From Zygnema circumcarinatum SAG 698-1b (Eukaryota > Plantae > Zygnematophyceae), in NCBI GenBank assembly GCA_037447605.1, contig CM074807.1, positions 868,001-932,000 of the forward strand: a DNA stretch of 64,000 bases, written 5' to 3'. The position numbers were made by a program, and so were the translations under genes. Of the stretch, positions 41,701 through 55,000 are shown piece by piece. The notes below the pieces were generated by a model that saw only the letters and a list, made by a program, of their open reading frames with translations, was not told the DNA's origin and made no database searches. Every line of letters begins with the position of its first letter. The stretch's first letter is position 1.

Positions 41701-44700
41701 AGTCTCCACAAAGTGGTGAAGTTCATAAATATCGTCAAACTGGCTGCATCCTCCCCCTCAATTATCAATTAGAAAAAAAAAAGTTGATGTTAAATGATGA
41801 TGATGATGATGTAAATGTTGATTACAACAGGGCCCATAAGGCCCACCTCGAAATAACTCGAGTGATGTAGCAAAACTAGCTTATAGCATCACCATCATAA
41901 AACTTATAAATCAAAAAAAACTGATGCTTCTGATTCAACTCTGAAAGTTTCTTATAGCTTTAGGCTTGCACCTTTCGTCATACGAAGGTCCGCCGTGCAG
42001 CAAGTATGGCACCACAAGAGTTGCATTCAGCAGACGGGTGATGGCAACTGCATTACACACCTGCAAGCTACTCGCAATCGCTCCCCCTCCTTTCTGGTCA
42101 GACATAAGCATTCCAGAGTTTGAGGTGCCCAAACAGCTACAACTACATTTCAACGAAACAATGAGTGAAAAAATCAATCCCCAAGTGCCCGTTTTCCACG
42201 TGTGAACCTTCTGTTCAAGGTCTCAAAGTGACAAAGAAGGTGTAAAGGACAACCGCGGTGCGCTGCTGGTTGATCCCTCCACTCGCACTCAACACAATGT
42301 AACCTTCCGTATCGTTCTCTCCGGGAGGCACTGCCAAACAGCATCATAGTTTAGATAGATTGTCACCACTTCATGGTGGAAGGGATGGGGGAGATAACGA
42401 CTAAAGTAACCAAAGATGCACCCCAAAAGGAAAAGATGGCCACTTTCAGACCTCCTGATAAGTTTGGGTCACAAGGACAGAACTTCACGGTTTTTGAGGT
42501 TCTTAGGGTTTTTAGGAATGCAATGGATGTACGATATACGAAGAGGGCCAAGAAAAGCTCACCATAATGATCAAGAGGCCGCTGGTGGGCACACGGTCTC
42601 CATAACTGCGCTTCTCGAAATGGTTCTTCCCACAAGCCTTCAGGTTCAAGTTCGATTTGGGTCTGTTGAGAATCAAAAAACTAAATTTATGAGCCCTCAA
42701 GATTCGGAATGTGAATGGGCCAAAGCATTAATCAAATCGAGAAAAGTTGAATCCATATCTAAGTAATGACGGAAAGGTTGCTTCACGTTAATAGCTGGCC
42801 TAACTTTAAGCCACGGATGATTCAGCGCTCAAATTCTCCTACACCCACTGAACAGCTAGTCGAAAGCTTAAATAAAAAACCCCTTCTGGTAGAGAGAACT
42901 TGTGGCGGGTGGAAGTTTATGCATACATTTGGACCTGCATGGACCTCACCTCTGCTAGAGAGTGAGCTGCTAACGCAAGCAAGCGCTCATACATTGGCGC
43001 CACAACTTCTGGATGGTTCTCCTCCAATGACAAGAATAATTCATCCTGTTCCAAGAACCCAATCAGCTCAATATAGTTTGATATGAGCTCTTCTTATCAG
43101 ATACTTAGTACACCTTCTTTTACCGGCCTTATGAATGCCTCGACATTATGTCAAAAAAGCGTTTTTTCGATCCCGACGACTTGTGGCAGCCATCTAAAGT
43201 GAATTAATATAGCTAAATAATAAGCAATATCTGGCTAGTGTCGAGCAAGCTCGCCAACTGGCCATAAGCTGCATAGGTTTTTGAGGTACCTGCACACGGT
43301 TATTCTCTGTTGAAGGGTTTGCTAGTTGGAAGCCTTTCTCATTGTGCTCCACGGCATTTGCCAATAGTAATGCGTTCTGCTCAAGCTTCACCATATAAGA
43401 GACGTCTGCCAAAAAAAGTGCGACGATAAAAAGGGAAAAAATAGCGAAAAAGGAAGAGCCAGCAAGAGAGCAGCATCTGGCTCTCCTTCTGATACTTCTA
43501 AATGCTGAACCCTTGGGAGAGGTCGAGGTTGCTCTAGAAGGTGGCAAAGGCGACTTGTTCGTAGAACTTGGTGTTACATTATGCGAATAGGTCCTTACAA
43601 TTGCCAGATTATCGTCTCCAACAGTACTATGCGGCTCTGAACCAAACTCCTGAAGGTCCGAATACGACCGTGAAAACCTGCGACTAAACGAATTTGCCGT
43701 GTAATAGAGGGAGCGTTCGAGATCGAAATCTTTTACGACAGCTCCGTCTAAGTCCATAGACGAAGTCGCAGATGCGATTCTCGTCAAAGGAGAGGTTTCT
43801 AAAGACTCTCGGCTTTGCGTTCGGACTAAAGGTAGCCTGGAAGGCGACCGCTCTTCAAAGGAAACACCGCCTGCTAAATTGAAACCCACATTCTGCCGAG
43901 GATTAAAGTTCTGCTGCAGCTGCATGGATAGTGGGGATGCCATTCCTTCTGGCTCAGAAATTCCGTCTCCTGCTGTGAAAAAAAGAGGCCTCTCTGCAGG
44001 TTCAGGAGATGTTCTGGAAGCACAAAAAGGCGCTTCAGGCAAAAAAAACTCTGCAGCTGGAGGATAAGATGATGGATCCGAAGTGAAACTCGTCGACAAA
44101 CTAGATTCTACAGGCGGCAGGGCGGAAAAGGAGCTGCTTTGCGGCAGCGAAAAGCTTCGTTTTGCGACCCAAAGGTTTTCAGAATGTTCGGCGGAAGCGC
44201 TTGCAAGAGCAGATTCTTGGTTGTTTCCTGCAAGTCCTGCCTGTTGAAAAGTAGCAGGAGAAGGAGGCTTCCGGGGGCAGGGCCTCGGGGGAACTCCCCT
44301 GGTATCAGCAGAGGAAACCCTCGAAATGGGAACGCCATTACGACGAGGAATCGACGACGTGTGGGTAGCTGAAGAAGAATTATCAAGGGGAGGAAATTGA
44401 TGAACTTGCAAGTTTTTTGAAGGATTTGAAGGTTTTGGTGGGCTAGCGGCTTCACAGGAGGAGCGTCTTTTTGGGAAGCGCCGCGTCTTGTGTTCGTCAG
44501 CAGCGTCTGAAGGGTTGGCTTTTGCAGGCGAGTCCGATTCTGAGCGTCTGCGAGAGCCCGGGCCGGAGCTTGCAGCAGGGATGGCTATGGCGGCCGTTTC
44601 TGCTTCTTGAGAGGGCTCCTGCGCTTCATCCTCCGAGCGGCTCGCACGGGAAACGACATGCGGCTTCTTTGTGGAGCTCATTAGCTGACTGCAGAGTAGG

Positions 44701-45260
44701 AGAGGGAGAGGGAGAGGGAGAGGAAAAAGGGAGAGGGAAGGGAGAGGGACAGAGAGAGGGAAGGGAGAGGAGAAAGGGAGAGGGGAGGGAGAGGGAGAGG
44801 GGGAGGGAGAGGGAGAGGGCGAGGGAGAGGTAGAGGTAGAGGTAGAGGTAGAGGGAAAAAGAGAGGGAGAGGAAAGTGGAGAGGGAGGATCTGCAGTCCA
44901 GAACAACAGCTGTACACTTGCACTGGGCAGAAAATTAGGGTTAGGCTTTCTCTGTACGAGGAAGGGGCTGTTCAGTTCCGTCACTGGCCGATATATCGTG
45001 GTTCTTGTTTCCGGGAGTACACGTGGCCGCTTTTGATTCGCCTTCGCCAATGCAATACTTTGACTGGTCTTGACTTCCCTTGACTGCTGTTGACGGGCCT
45101 TTAACTTATCTCGACTTTTGCTGACCATGCTGACGTCACTGGGAGACCAGGGAAGTTCTATGTCCGACTCAGTTCGCCGCTCAACTAGATATCTCAGATT
45201 TCTTACATGGAAGGGCGTCTTATCCACCTGCTCCGTTCCCACATGTGAACGCTCTCCCAT
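38758..45260 (-). CDS. GT106 / O-fucosyltransferase (DUF246) family glycosyltransferase, type II membrane protein; start uncertain (ATG 45260 or a downstream ATG near 44682)
   Basis: TM segment SFFAIFSLFIVALFLADV, then LWRPC, GGINQQRTAVCNAVAITRLLNATLVVP, RLRCRCNFHALRF, YVALHMRYEIDVVAYSLC, GLCPFTPEE, LAALDYMVC...SDSGSQM, YRHPRCEECMC. Exons are GT-AG. Confidence 0.88.
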
Positions 45261-45264
45261 TTGT

Positions 45265-45274
45265 GCCACGTGGC
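45265..45274. promoter_or_regulatory. Palindromic G-box GCCACGTGGC in the short head-to-head region between the GT106 gene and FBA
   Basis: Perfect 10-bp G-box ~205 bp upstream of the FBA ATG. Function is not demonstrated. Confidence 0.35.
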
Positions 45275-45479
45275 GCGCACCCAAGCGTCGAGGAGCCCAC
45301 AATTCCCGGGGCTCCTCTCGATTTTCCGCCGTTCTGAGCCTCTCGCTGCGCTCCACCCTTCCTCCCTCCCTCCCTCTCTCCCAACTCCCTCGCTTTCCCA
45401 CGATCTCTCTCCCTCTGCCCCCCCTCTTTCTCTCGCACTCACTCTCTCTCTCTCTCGTCACCTCCCGCACTACTGCGCC

Positions 45480-48400
45480 ATGGCAAGCCTTACCCTCACC
45501 AAGGCCATGGCCTCCGGTGAGTACATCCCTGGACGCTTTCCTTCTTCAAGGAGAGGCTCGTCCGCGCCCCCCTCATCGCCTTCCCTTTCTATCTTTTCTT
45601 CCCCTTCCACACTATCCCTCTCCCTCTCCCTCTCCCTTCCCTCTCCCACTCCCTCTCCTTCTCCCTCTCTCTATCTCTCTCTCCCTCTCTCTCTCTCTCC
45701 CTCTCCCTCTCCCTCTCCCTCTCCCTCTCCCTCTCCCTCTCCCTCTCCCTCTTCCTCTCCCTCTCCCTCTCCCTCTCCCTCTCCCTCGCCTTGTTCATAG
45801 ATCCTATTGGCTGCCCACTCCACACCGTCCCAACCACTTCTGCCTGCATACAAACCTCACATTTGCACCATCCTCAAGCTTACACCCTTTCTATGTCCGA
45901 GTTTGTGTTTGCAGTTCCGTTGAAGTCCTCTTTCCTTGCGTCCCGCCCCTCCGCCGTCACGGAGACCGTTTCAGTGAAGCGTTCCGTGATGGTCCCAGTT
46001 GTGATGACCTCAGAGTTTGAGAAGACCAACCCCTATGCGGAGGAGCTCAAGCGCACTGCCGCCTACATCGCTGCGCCCGGAAAGGGTATTTTGGCTTCAG
46101 ATGAGAGCAATGCTACGACCGGGAAAAGGTATCCCATTCAACTCTCTGCCTGGTTTAACCAATTTCAATAAGATTTACTATTTGATTCCAATTTAATTGG
46201 CTTAAAACTCCGATTAATTGTCTCTAGTGTTCGCTGGAAGGTAGGGTGTACATTGTGTTGATCTTTTGGAATATGTGCAGATGCGATGTTGGCTGTGAGT
46301 TTCGATGTGATGTAAACTTGAGCAAATGTGATGTTGGCGTGTCCCAGAGGGGTGATGTCGGCCGTGGCGGTGATGCAGGCTGGCCACTGTGGGGATAGAG
46401 AACACAGAGGACAACCGCCGCGCGTGGAGGGAGTTGCTCTACACGGCTCCGGGACTCGGCCAGGTTGGAATCCTTCAAAGCCTGCAAATGCGCTCACACG
46501 CCCTTTCCACTTTTTGAGCCCTCCCTCCCTCCCTTGCTCTCTCCCTCCCTCTCCTCTCGCTCACTTTCTCTCGCCTCTTCTCTCTCACTCTCCTCCCCTC
46601 CCCTCCCCTCTTACTCCCTCCCCTCCCTCCCCGCTTACTCTCTCCCCTCCCACCCTGCCTCCCTCCTCCCATCCCCTCCACTCCCCTCCCTCCCCTTCTT
46701 CCCCTCCTTCCCCTTTTACTCCCTCCCTCTCTCCCCTCTCTCCCCTCCCTCCCCTCTTACTTCCTCCCCTCCCTCCCCTCCTTCCCCTCTTACTCCCTTC
46801 CCTCCCTCCCCTCCTACTCCCTCCCCTTTCTCCCTTCTTACTTCCCTCGCCTCCCTTCCCTCCTTCACCACTTACTCCCTTCCCTCCCTCTCTCCCCTCC
46901 CTCCCCTCTTACTCCCTCCCCTCCCTCCCCTCTTACTCCCTCCCCTCCCTCCCTTCTTACTCCCTCGCCTCCCTCCCTTCTTACTCCCTCGCCTCCCTCC
47001 CCTCCTTCCCCACTTACTCCCTTCCCTCCCTCTTTCCCCTCCCTCCCCTCCTACTCCCTCCCCTTTCTCCCTTCTTACTCCCTCGCGCCCCCCCCCTGCT
47101 TCCCACTTACTCTCTTCCCTCCCTCTTTCCCCTCCCTCCCCTCTTACTCCCTCCCCTCCCTCCCTTCTTACTTCCTCCCCTACCTCCCCTCCCCCACTTA
47201 CTCTTTTCCCTCCCTCTTTCCCCTCCCTCCCCTCCTACTTCCTCCCCTCCCTCCCTTCTTAATCCCTCCCCTCCCCTCCCCTCCCTCTCTCCCCTCCCTC
47301 CCCTCTTACTCCCTCCCTCTCCTCCCTCCCCTCCCTCCCCTCCCTCCCTCCCTCCCCTCCCCTCCCCTCCCCGCAGTACATCAGCGGGTGCATCATGTTC
47401 GACGAGACCCTGTTCCAGTCCACCCGCGGCGGCGTGCCCTTCGTGGACGCTCTCCGGCAGCAGGGCGTGGTCCCCGGCATCAAGGTCGACACGGGCCTGC
47501 AGCCCATCGACGGGACCGACGGGGAGACCGCCACGCAGGGCCTCGACGGCCTCGCGGACCGCTGCAAGAGGTGGGGGGGGGAAGGGGGACAACCACTTCT
47601 TGTTTTTGCTTAATTTTCCGTTTTTTTAAGAGTGGGTGTGTGTAGTTCTGACCATGGAGGGTCACAGGGAAGCAGGCGACGAGTTGGACATTGTGGGTTT
47701 TTTTAATTTTTTATGTTTTGTGAGGTTTAGGTTGGGTGAGGGAGCTTCGCTGAGGTTTTGGCTGGTGGGGTGCAGGTATTACCAGCAAGGAGCGCGATTC
47801 GCCAAGTGGAGGGCAGTGATCAAGGTGGACTCCGCGCTGCATCCCTCCACCACGGCTGTGTACGAGAACGTGCACGGACTCGCCCGCTATGCGCAGATTT
47901 GCCAGGTTCGTTTCTTTTCCAGCCCTTGTAAGTTGCCTCGTTCTTTTGCTTGAAAGAATGGAAGGGGTTCGAGCAAGATGCATGCATTTGGCTTCTGCGG
48001 AACTGAGGTTGAGGGAGAGTGTGCAGGCAAACGGACTTGTGCCAATTGTGGAGCCGGAGGTGACTTTGGGAGAAGGGGACTACAGGTGTCTGCTCAGAAA
48101 CCCTCTCCCTCCCTCACCCCCCTCCCCCTTCTTCTCTTCTCCCTCCCACCTCCCCCTTCTTCTCTTCTCCCTCCCACGTCCCCCTTTCCCCTCCCTCTCC
48201 CCATCTCTCACACACATAAACACAGAGACAGGCACGCACTCTACACATGCGTACTTGCAATGCAGTATCCCTGATCTGCTCAAGCACGAGTCAGTGGAAA
48301 AAGATGGTTAGAATAAGCTGTTTGCTGCCACGTACACAGTAGTCCGGTTAGAGCAGCAAACAATATTTACCCTTCAGTCCATTCATGGGCTGCCTTAATG

Positions 48401-50731
48401 TCTTTGGCCCTTTACTCGTGAAGCTTTCCTAATCAAATCAAAGCCTTGGTGTGTATCAGCATTGAGAGGACTGCCTACGTCTCCGAGCGAGTTAACTCGC
48501 ACGTGTTCCGACTGCTCAACGAATACAAGTAAGATCTCTCTCTCTCTCTCCCCCTCCCTCTCTCTCTCTCCCTCTCTCCCTCTATTAGCTCGTCTATTCA
48601 ACTCCGCACTCTCCTTTCGCTCTCTGCCCTTCCATCGCCCTTTTCTTCCCCACTCGCACTTCTCTTTGCTTCAGCTGTCCTTCTCCTATGCTCACGCTCG
48701 TGGGTTCTTCACTAAATCTTTTGATCTCCCAACGTTCTTTTTCCAGCTTCTCATTTTTCTCGCGCAGCTAGGTCATCGAAGAAAACAAGTTCACAAATTT
48801 TCCTCGCACTGGAATGCTGTTGATGATGAATAAACTGAAAGCAATTTGAGTCAAATTTACCCTAAAGTTCGGAAGCCTGTTCTAACAGAAAAGTGCTGAT
48901 TTGGGTGGAACTTTCTGCCTAACAGCGTCATCTTGGAAGGCATTCTGCTGAAGCCCAACATGATTCTGCCCGGTAAGAGGAATTTTGCGACTTCAACAAT
49001 CTATAACAAATTTCAGTGCTCAACGAACCCAAATTGCCAAAATGTGGTCATTCTTTGAACACAAAAAGAATGAAGCAAAGAAGCATTTATGAAAAAGAAG
49101 CTATTTATGGCTGAACCTAACCCTGAACCCTCCTCTCCAAGCTCAGGTTTGGATGCCCCCACTCCCTCCCCCGAGGAGGTGGCCAAGTACACTGTACGGA
49201 CCATGCGCCGTTCAGTTCCACCGGCCGTTCCAGGTAACGGAGCAGCGGATCCTATGCGGAGTGGGTTTGACCTGAGCAGCATAAAACACTCGACGGCGAT
49301 TTCTCACTGTCATATTTTTGAAATTGCGAAAGAAAATCTTGTGTACCCCAAAAGCCCAAGTTCACAGCGCCTTGCAATAACCTCAAATCCCTGAAACTCA
49401 GATAACCTAAAACTTATCACTCTCTCGCCCTCCCTTCTCCCTTTTGCCCCTCTCTCCCTCCCTCTCTCTGAAACTTATCGTGCGGCTAAGAGGGAACAGG
49501 CTGCTCGTTATTGAACCAATCCTTCCTTTGCCCTCTCTCCATCCCTCTCGCTGAAACTAATCGTGCAGCTGAGAGGGAACAAGCTACTCTTTACTGAACC
49601 AAACTATTTTTTTTCCTTTTCTCGGCCTCTGATTGGCGCAGGCATCCACTTCCTGTCAGGAGGAATGAGCGAGGAGGAGGCCACTCTCAACCTTAATGCC
49701 CTGCAGGTGCTAAAATTGGCTCATCGTCTCACCTCCATCCTGTTCAAACCTCTTCTAAATCTTTAGTTTTTCTTCTTTTTTTAATCTTGAAGCTTTCCTA
49801 TATGGTTTGCTCGCTGTGCTCCTTGTGACGCTTTATTGAAAAAGCACCCTCCCTTTCCCTTTTATGTGTGCAGGAGTTCGGCCCTTCCCCATGGTCCCTC
49901 ACCTTCTCCTACGGGAGGGCGCTGCAGTCAAGCACTCTCAAAACGTGGGCCGGAAAGGTCAGTTTCTCACCTCATACAACAATTAAGGAAAGGATAAGAT
50001 AAGGAATAAGCATTGGGATGTTTCTGGATTGTTAACGCTTTTCTGCAGGCATTGGGTTCGTTCAAAATTGGTGGTTGGAAAAAAGAGAAGGGGGGGGAAG
50101 GGGGGGAGGGGTCTTAGAATTTTAGGGTTTTTTGTAGGGTTTTATATCGCTGTATATCCAAGACGTTGGCATGCAATTGACAAATTGAAGTGAAGAATGC
50201 TTCAAGTAAAATAAAAAGAGAAATAGGAAGATTGAGAATCTCTCATCGCCTTTCTTTTGGGGTTGTGTTTTTGGTGACAGGAAGAGAACTGGGCAGCTGC
50301 GCAGGAGAGACTGGTGGCTCTCGCGAAGGCCAACTCGGAGGCACAGGTTAGACTAAAAAAAAAAGACTCTCAAATCTGCATCTGAACAAAAAAAAAGGGA
50401 AAGAAACACCTCCCTGCAGTCTGCAAGATCGAGAATTAACGGCTCAAAAACTGCAACCGCACCCAAAGATAAACCCATCCTGCCTGCCGGGAGTGCGCCG
50501 GCACCTTGTAATGAAAGAAAAGAAAAAGGAGAAGATAAAGGAAAGAAAAGAAAAGGACCAAGCATGATGTGCTTCATTTGTAAGGATAGAATTTCTCAAT
50601 GTGTGGGACCAGTTTTGTTTAATTTTTCCGGATTTGTGGACCTGCAGCTCGGCAAGTACAAGGGGCCGCACCCCTCTCCGGGCGGAGGGCGGATCCTGCA
50701 GGCGCTGCGCCTGGGCGGGGCGGGGAAGTAG
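45480..50731 (+). CDS. FBA: Class I fructose-bisphosphate aldolase, plastid-targeted, 13 exons (first 45480-45516, 45915-46128, 46379-46463, 47377-...; last ends 50731)
   Basis: [46 protein letters not shown], Schiff-base motif [38 protein letters not shown]. The N-terminus resembles a transit peptide. Confidence 0.97.
45617..45786 (+). repeat. (CCCTCT)n hexanucleotide tract in FBA intron 1
   Basis: Direct inspection. The same motif family occurs at 2283-2376, 44700-44870 and 63240-63380. Confidence 0.9.
46480..47370 (+). repeat. Low-complexity pyrimidine tract built from repeated (C/T)TACT-CCCTCCCCTCCC units in FBA intron 3
   Basis: About 20 TTAC/CTAC interruptions counted by eye in an otherwise C/T sequence. 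Confidence 0.85.
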
Positions 50732-52002
50732 AGGCACAACGGCGGCCGGAACGGAGCACACCACATGGAACACTGTTGTATGATGATGGGTCATGGCGGC
50801 TATGCATGGAGAGAGAGGAGAGGGAAAGGGAGGGGAGTGAGAGAGGAAAGGGAGGGAGAGAGAAAGAGATAGAGAAGGAAGAAAGAATGGGAGGGTAGAG
50901 AGTATACTTATTTTGTGGTTGCAAGTTGGGGAGAGAGGGGAAGGTTCAGAGTGGATGAAGATTCTCTCGATGCCATTGTTGAAGTAGTAGAGATCTCCTC
51001 AAAGAGGAAGCAGGGCTTACGGGCAGAAAAAGGAAAAAATGTGCAGAATATAGTTTGTCCTACCATTATGTTTCGAACAGCTTTAGGGCTTTAGTTGCCC
51101 TCTGTAGGAAGGTGTATGGCAAAAAAATGCTTTCGTAGTTGAGATTAGTATGGATGGGTTCATGTGCTGAACAACAGCTCCATATGTCCTAATTGGTCCC
51201 CCTGCTACATGGAACTGTTAGTCTGATGCTGTGGCTGATAAGCATCGCTAAGGAGACTTATTCGCCTTCTACTTCTACAAGCTTCTTTTGTGATGTAAGT
51301 GATGCATTGGGTTGCAGAGGATTGCATTATGTTGCATTGGGCCATGGAACAATGTGCGCTTGTGTCGATTAGTAGAAGAAGAAGAGAGAGAAGAGAGAGT
51401 GGGAGAAGGAGAGGGAGAGGGAGAGGGAGAGGAGCGGGAGAAGGAGAGGGAGTATAGTTCAAGAAGGCGCGCACAGTTAGATTTCTATTTAGGAGTCGCT
51501 TTAGCTCATCTGGTGTAGTCAGAATCACGTGAAATTATGTCTACGGTCAGTATGGCTGATAAAAGTCTGTACGAGTTGCTACTCTTGAGGTGAATGTTGG
51601 TGTTATAGTTGTGAGTATTGACTTTGTTGTTGTTGTTGTTTAAATGTTGGTGTTGATGTTAAGTGAAGTGTTGAAGCTAGCTTGTGCATCCAACCTGAGA
51701 AGACTCAAAAAAAATTGTGGAGTGAGTTTACCATGTCTTTGTTGTGAGTGGAAAGTGCTGCAATTCTATAGCAACATCTTTCATTCCCAGCCCTGTTCGT
51801 AGACTGCAAGGGGTGACAGCCCATTTCCTTAACAAACTAAAATATTTACATTCCGAGAGCCCCCTCAAACAAGAGGCAGTCCTCATTCTGCTCTCCGCCG
51901 TTACAAGCTAAACTATTATCCCTTTCCTCCTCCCGTTTCTAAAGCTTTGATCAAAAGATGCCAGATGGCATGGAAACGAGCCGTCTTGCCTGAATCTGAC
52001 AG

Positions 52003-55000
52003 TCACAAGAACATGCCTTTGAAGTACTCATCAAACTCCTCCTCCTTGTTGCTCTCTTGCTCCGCTCTCTCTCTCCTCCACACGCTCTCATCCGCACTCA
52101 AAGTCCCTCCTGCTCCCAGACCCCAATTATTATGAGTGTAAGAAACAATCGAATATACAAACCCAATTCATAGATAGCTTTATTCGTTCACTCCGTACTT
52201 AGGAACTGGCTCTGAGTTTCAGAACAAGGACCTGCAATACCTTTCAGGTGTGCCGGTTGGTCCTCCTCTCCCTCCTTCCCCTCTGCCTCCTTCTTTTCTC
52301 CTTCCTCCTCTTTTTCGCCTCCTCCGTTTTCCGTGAATTCGTCTCCCTCTTTTCCAGTAACCACATCGCATTCTCCGCTTTCTCGCCTGCAATTTAGCTC
52401 TCAGTCATAACTCTGATCCAGTCTATTTCCTACGCTTCCCTCACATCCTTTCTGAAACCCGAAACAATGATTTTTTATTTCGCCCTCCAAACCTTCCTTT
52501 TGAAGCTTGTCTTTGTCCTCACCTCCTTTTACGCAGTCGCCTTTCCTCCTGCCGTAACTGCTGTTTCTTCTCCTTCTCTTTTCGGTAATTCAGCTGCATT
52601 GCATGCCTGCACATGCCTCTCCCTTGTTTCCTCACTTAGAGAAACACAAAGCAAAAGCGATATTTTATGCATCCCTTGAAACCCTAAAGACTCTGAAAAC
52701 GTCAGCTACATAAGTAGCTTCAATTTTTGTGAAAAGAACCCCTCCTGTAAGAAGGATCTGGCTAAAAAATATGCACCACCATAAACAACAACCACGTTAA
52801 TCCGACCACTTCTACACATGTACAACCGATCGCTTATGATAGAAATCCTCACTTGGGGCAAACTCTAAGCTTCACCAAAGCCTGCTTCTCGTCTCCGGCT
52901 TCCTTGTATGCAAAGTTAACCTGCCAACCAACACATCAAGGGGGGCCAGCTCCCCAGGGGCAAAATAAAGCTCAATTTCCGCATTATCGGAGGGATGTAA
53001 CAACATGGAAACTTCCTTCTCTGTTCCCAGTATTGGTCCTCATACCTTCCAACTAGCAATTTCAAGAGCGCTATTTCACACTCGCTTCATGTTGACATAT
53101 TTCTGCGAATGCTTCCTATGAAGCTTGATTGCAATGAATAGAAGACTCTTTCGGTTCAGAGAAGTGAAGGGCCCCACATGCCTCATAGCTGTGCAGGTCA
53201 TCTCTCACATCACAGCTTTTGCTCCCGCAGATAAATTGGCCTGGAAAGGTAGCACCAAGCGGTCCTCCCCTGCTAATTTCAATATCTTCCGCAAACTAAA
53301 TCTGAAAAGATTGCATCTACACTTTGTTGGTTGCTACTAAGGTAATCAACTAATTTGGAAAAGGAAAGGCCGAGAAAACGCTGGACTTCAGTCTTGTTTG
53401 CAAGAAATCGTACCTTTTCCCACTACTACTTCCTTCTCCGTGCGCCACCGCAGCCCTATCTGCAAGGGAACCCATGTTCTTCCACAACCTATCAAAAAGT
53501 GCAGTTTACACTCGGACAAGTAAAGTTCAGCTTGTTCGTCCATGTCTATCCCTACGAATGCTGATTTCCTAACTTTAAAAAAGGACGTGCCATATATAGT
53601 TAGTTTCAACAACTCAAAGGGAGACCACTGAAGGCACCAAAAGGGTCTCACTGAAGCAAAAGTTGGCAATATGGAAAGCACGTGCGGGTTGTTGTATGCT
53701 TCAGGTCTTGAAGAGTTTGCAATACCTTGCTTTCCTTGTATCGGGTCATATCGGCAAGGCAGTATCTGGCCGAGTCAAGGCCTCCTCGAGCATCTTCGAC
53801 TGAAACGGAAAACTGACACTCGCAAAACTGACTTTGCAGGCAAAAAACACATTTTGCAAACATGATTTGGTTTTGCTTCCCAGCTTTTTTCCTAACCAAG
53901 CAACAATTTGAAATTGATACTCTTTGAACAGCTTGTCATAGTACTTCTTCGCTAAGCGCTGCTCCCAGGACCCGTCCACATCGTCTTCCTCAGACCGAAT
54001 GAACCTGCAAAAGCACCGAAAGATTTTCAAGTTTTTTATGGGTTCGAGAGGTAGAGAAGAAAAATTCTACGAGAAATAGCACCATTACACCATGTATGGG
54101 CATAAGTGGCCCAGAATAGATCATATCCACTCACCGATATGATTCTTTGAGCGTGTCTTCGTCCGTTTTCACCAAGCGTTGTGGGTTTTTCACAGTTGTA
54201 CCGCCATAGAAATGGACTGCTCTCCTCACCCCCAGCCCATCACCAGAGCCTTCGGATGAGAAACAACAGCAAAAGTGAACCTTCGACATAGCACTCCGGC
54301 GCCTATATTAATGGATAACAACCTTTACCTCCAGCCTGAATAGCTGGTGAGGGAGAGAGAGAGAGGGGTTGGTAGACGGAGGAGGAGATGGAGAGAGGGA
54401 GTGGAAACGCAACAGAGAATGTGAGTAAGGCAGAAAGATAAGTAAGGGGGAGGGACAGAGGCGGAGAGTGTAAGGACGCGTGTAGCCCCCCTAGAGAACT
54501 TCCAAATGGGAGGGCTGTTCCCACACCCCTATCCGAAGATGCCACTTGGCAGTATCAGATTCGCTGTAGGAGGCTCTTCAGCAAGGAAGAGCGTGGGCTC
54601 TGTGCTCTTTCTTTTATCGTGCGGCCTCCTGATATCTCGCCCTCTACCTCACACCCGTCCCTCCCTCTGCCCCTCTGCCCGTTCCCCCCTCTCTCCCTCT
54701 CCCTCCCCCGCTCTCCCACTCTCGTCCCCCTCCTCCCCGCCACTTCCCCCTTCCCCATCTCCCCCTCCCCCTCCTCTACCACACCTCCCTCATACCCCCC
54801 CCCCTCCCTCCCTCCCCTCCTCCCTACCTATCTCTCCCCCTCCCTCTCCCGCTCCCTCTTCCTCTTCCCTCCCCCCTCCCACCCTCCCCCCTTCTCTCTC
54901 TATCTCTCCCTCCACATGTGAGCACCATTCCTGTACTATGCATCACAACAAAACTAAATCCTCTAAAGGCGACAACCGCAGGACAAATTAAAAAAGTGCT

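Noticed and set aside
46328-47629. 433-aa Pro/Ser/Leu-rich 'extensin-like' ORF
   Set aside because: Translation of the pyrimidine-rich FBA intron 3; the flanking aldolase exons join in frame without it.
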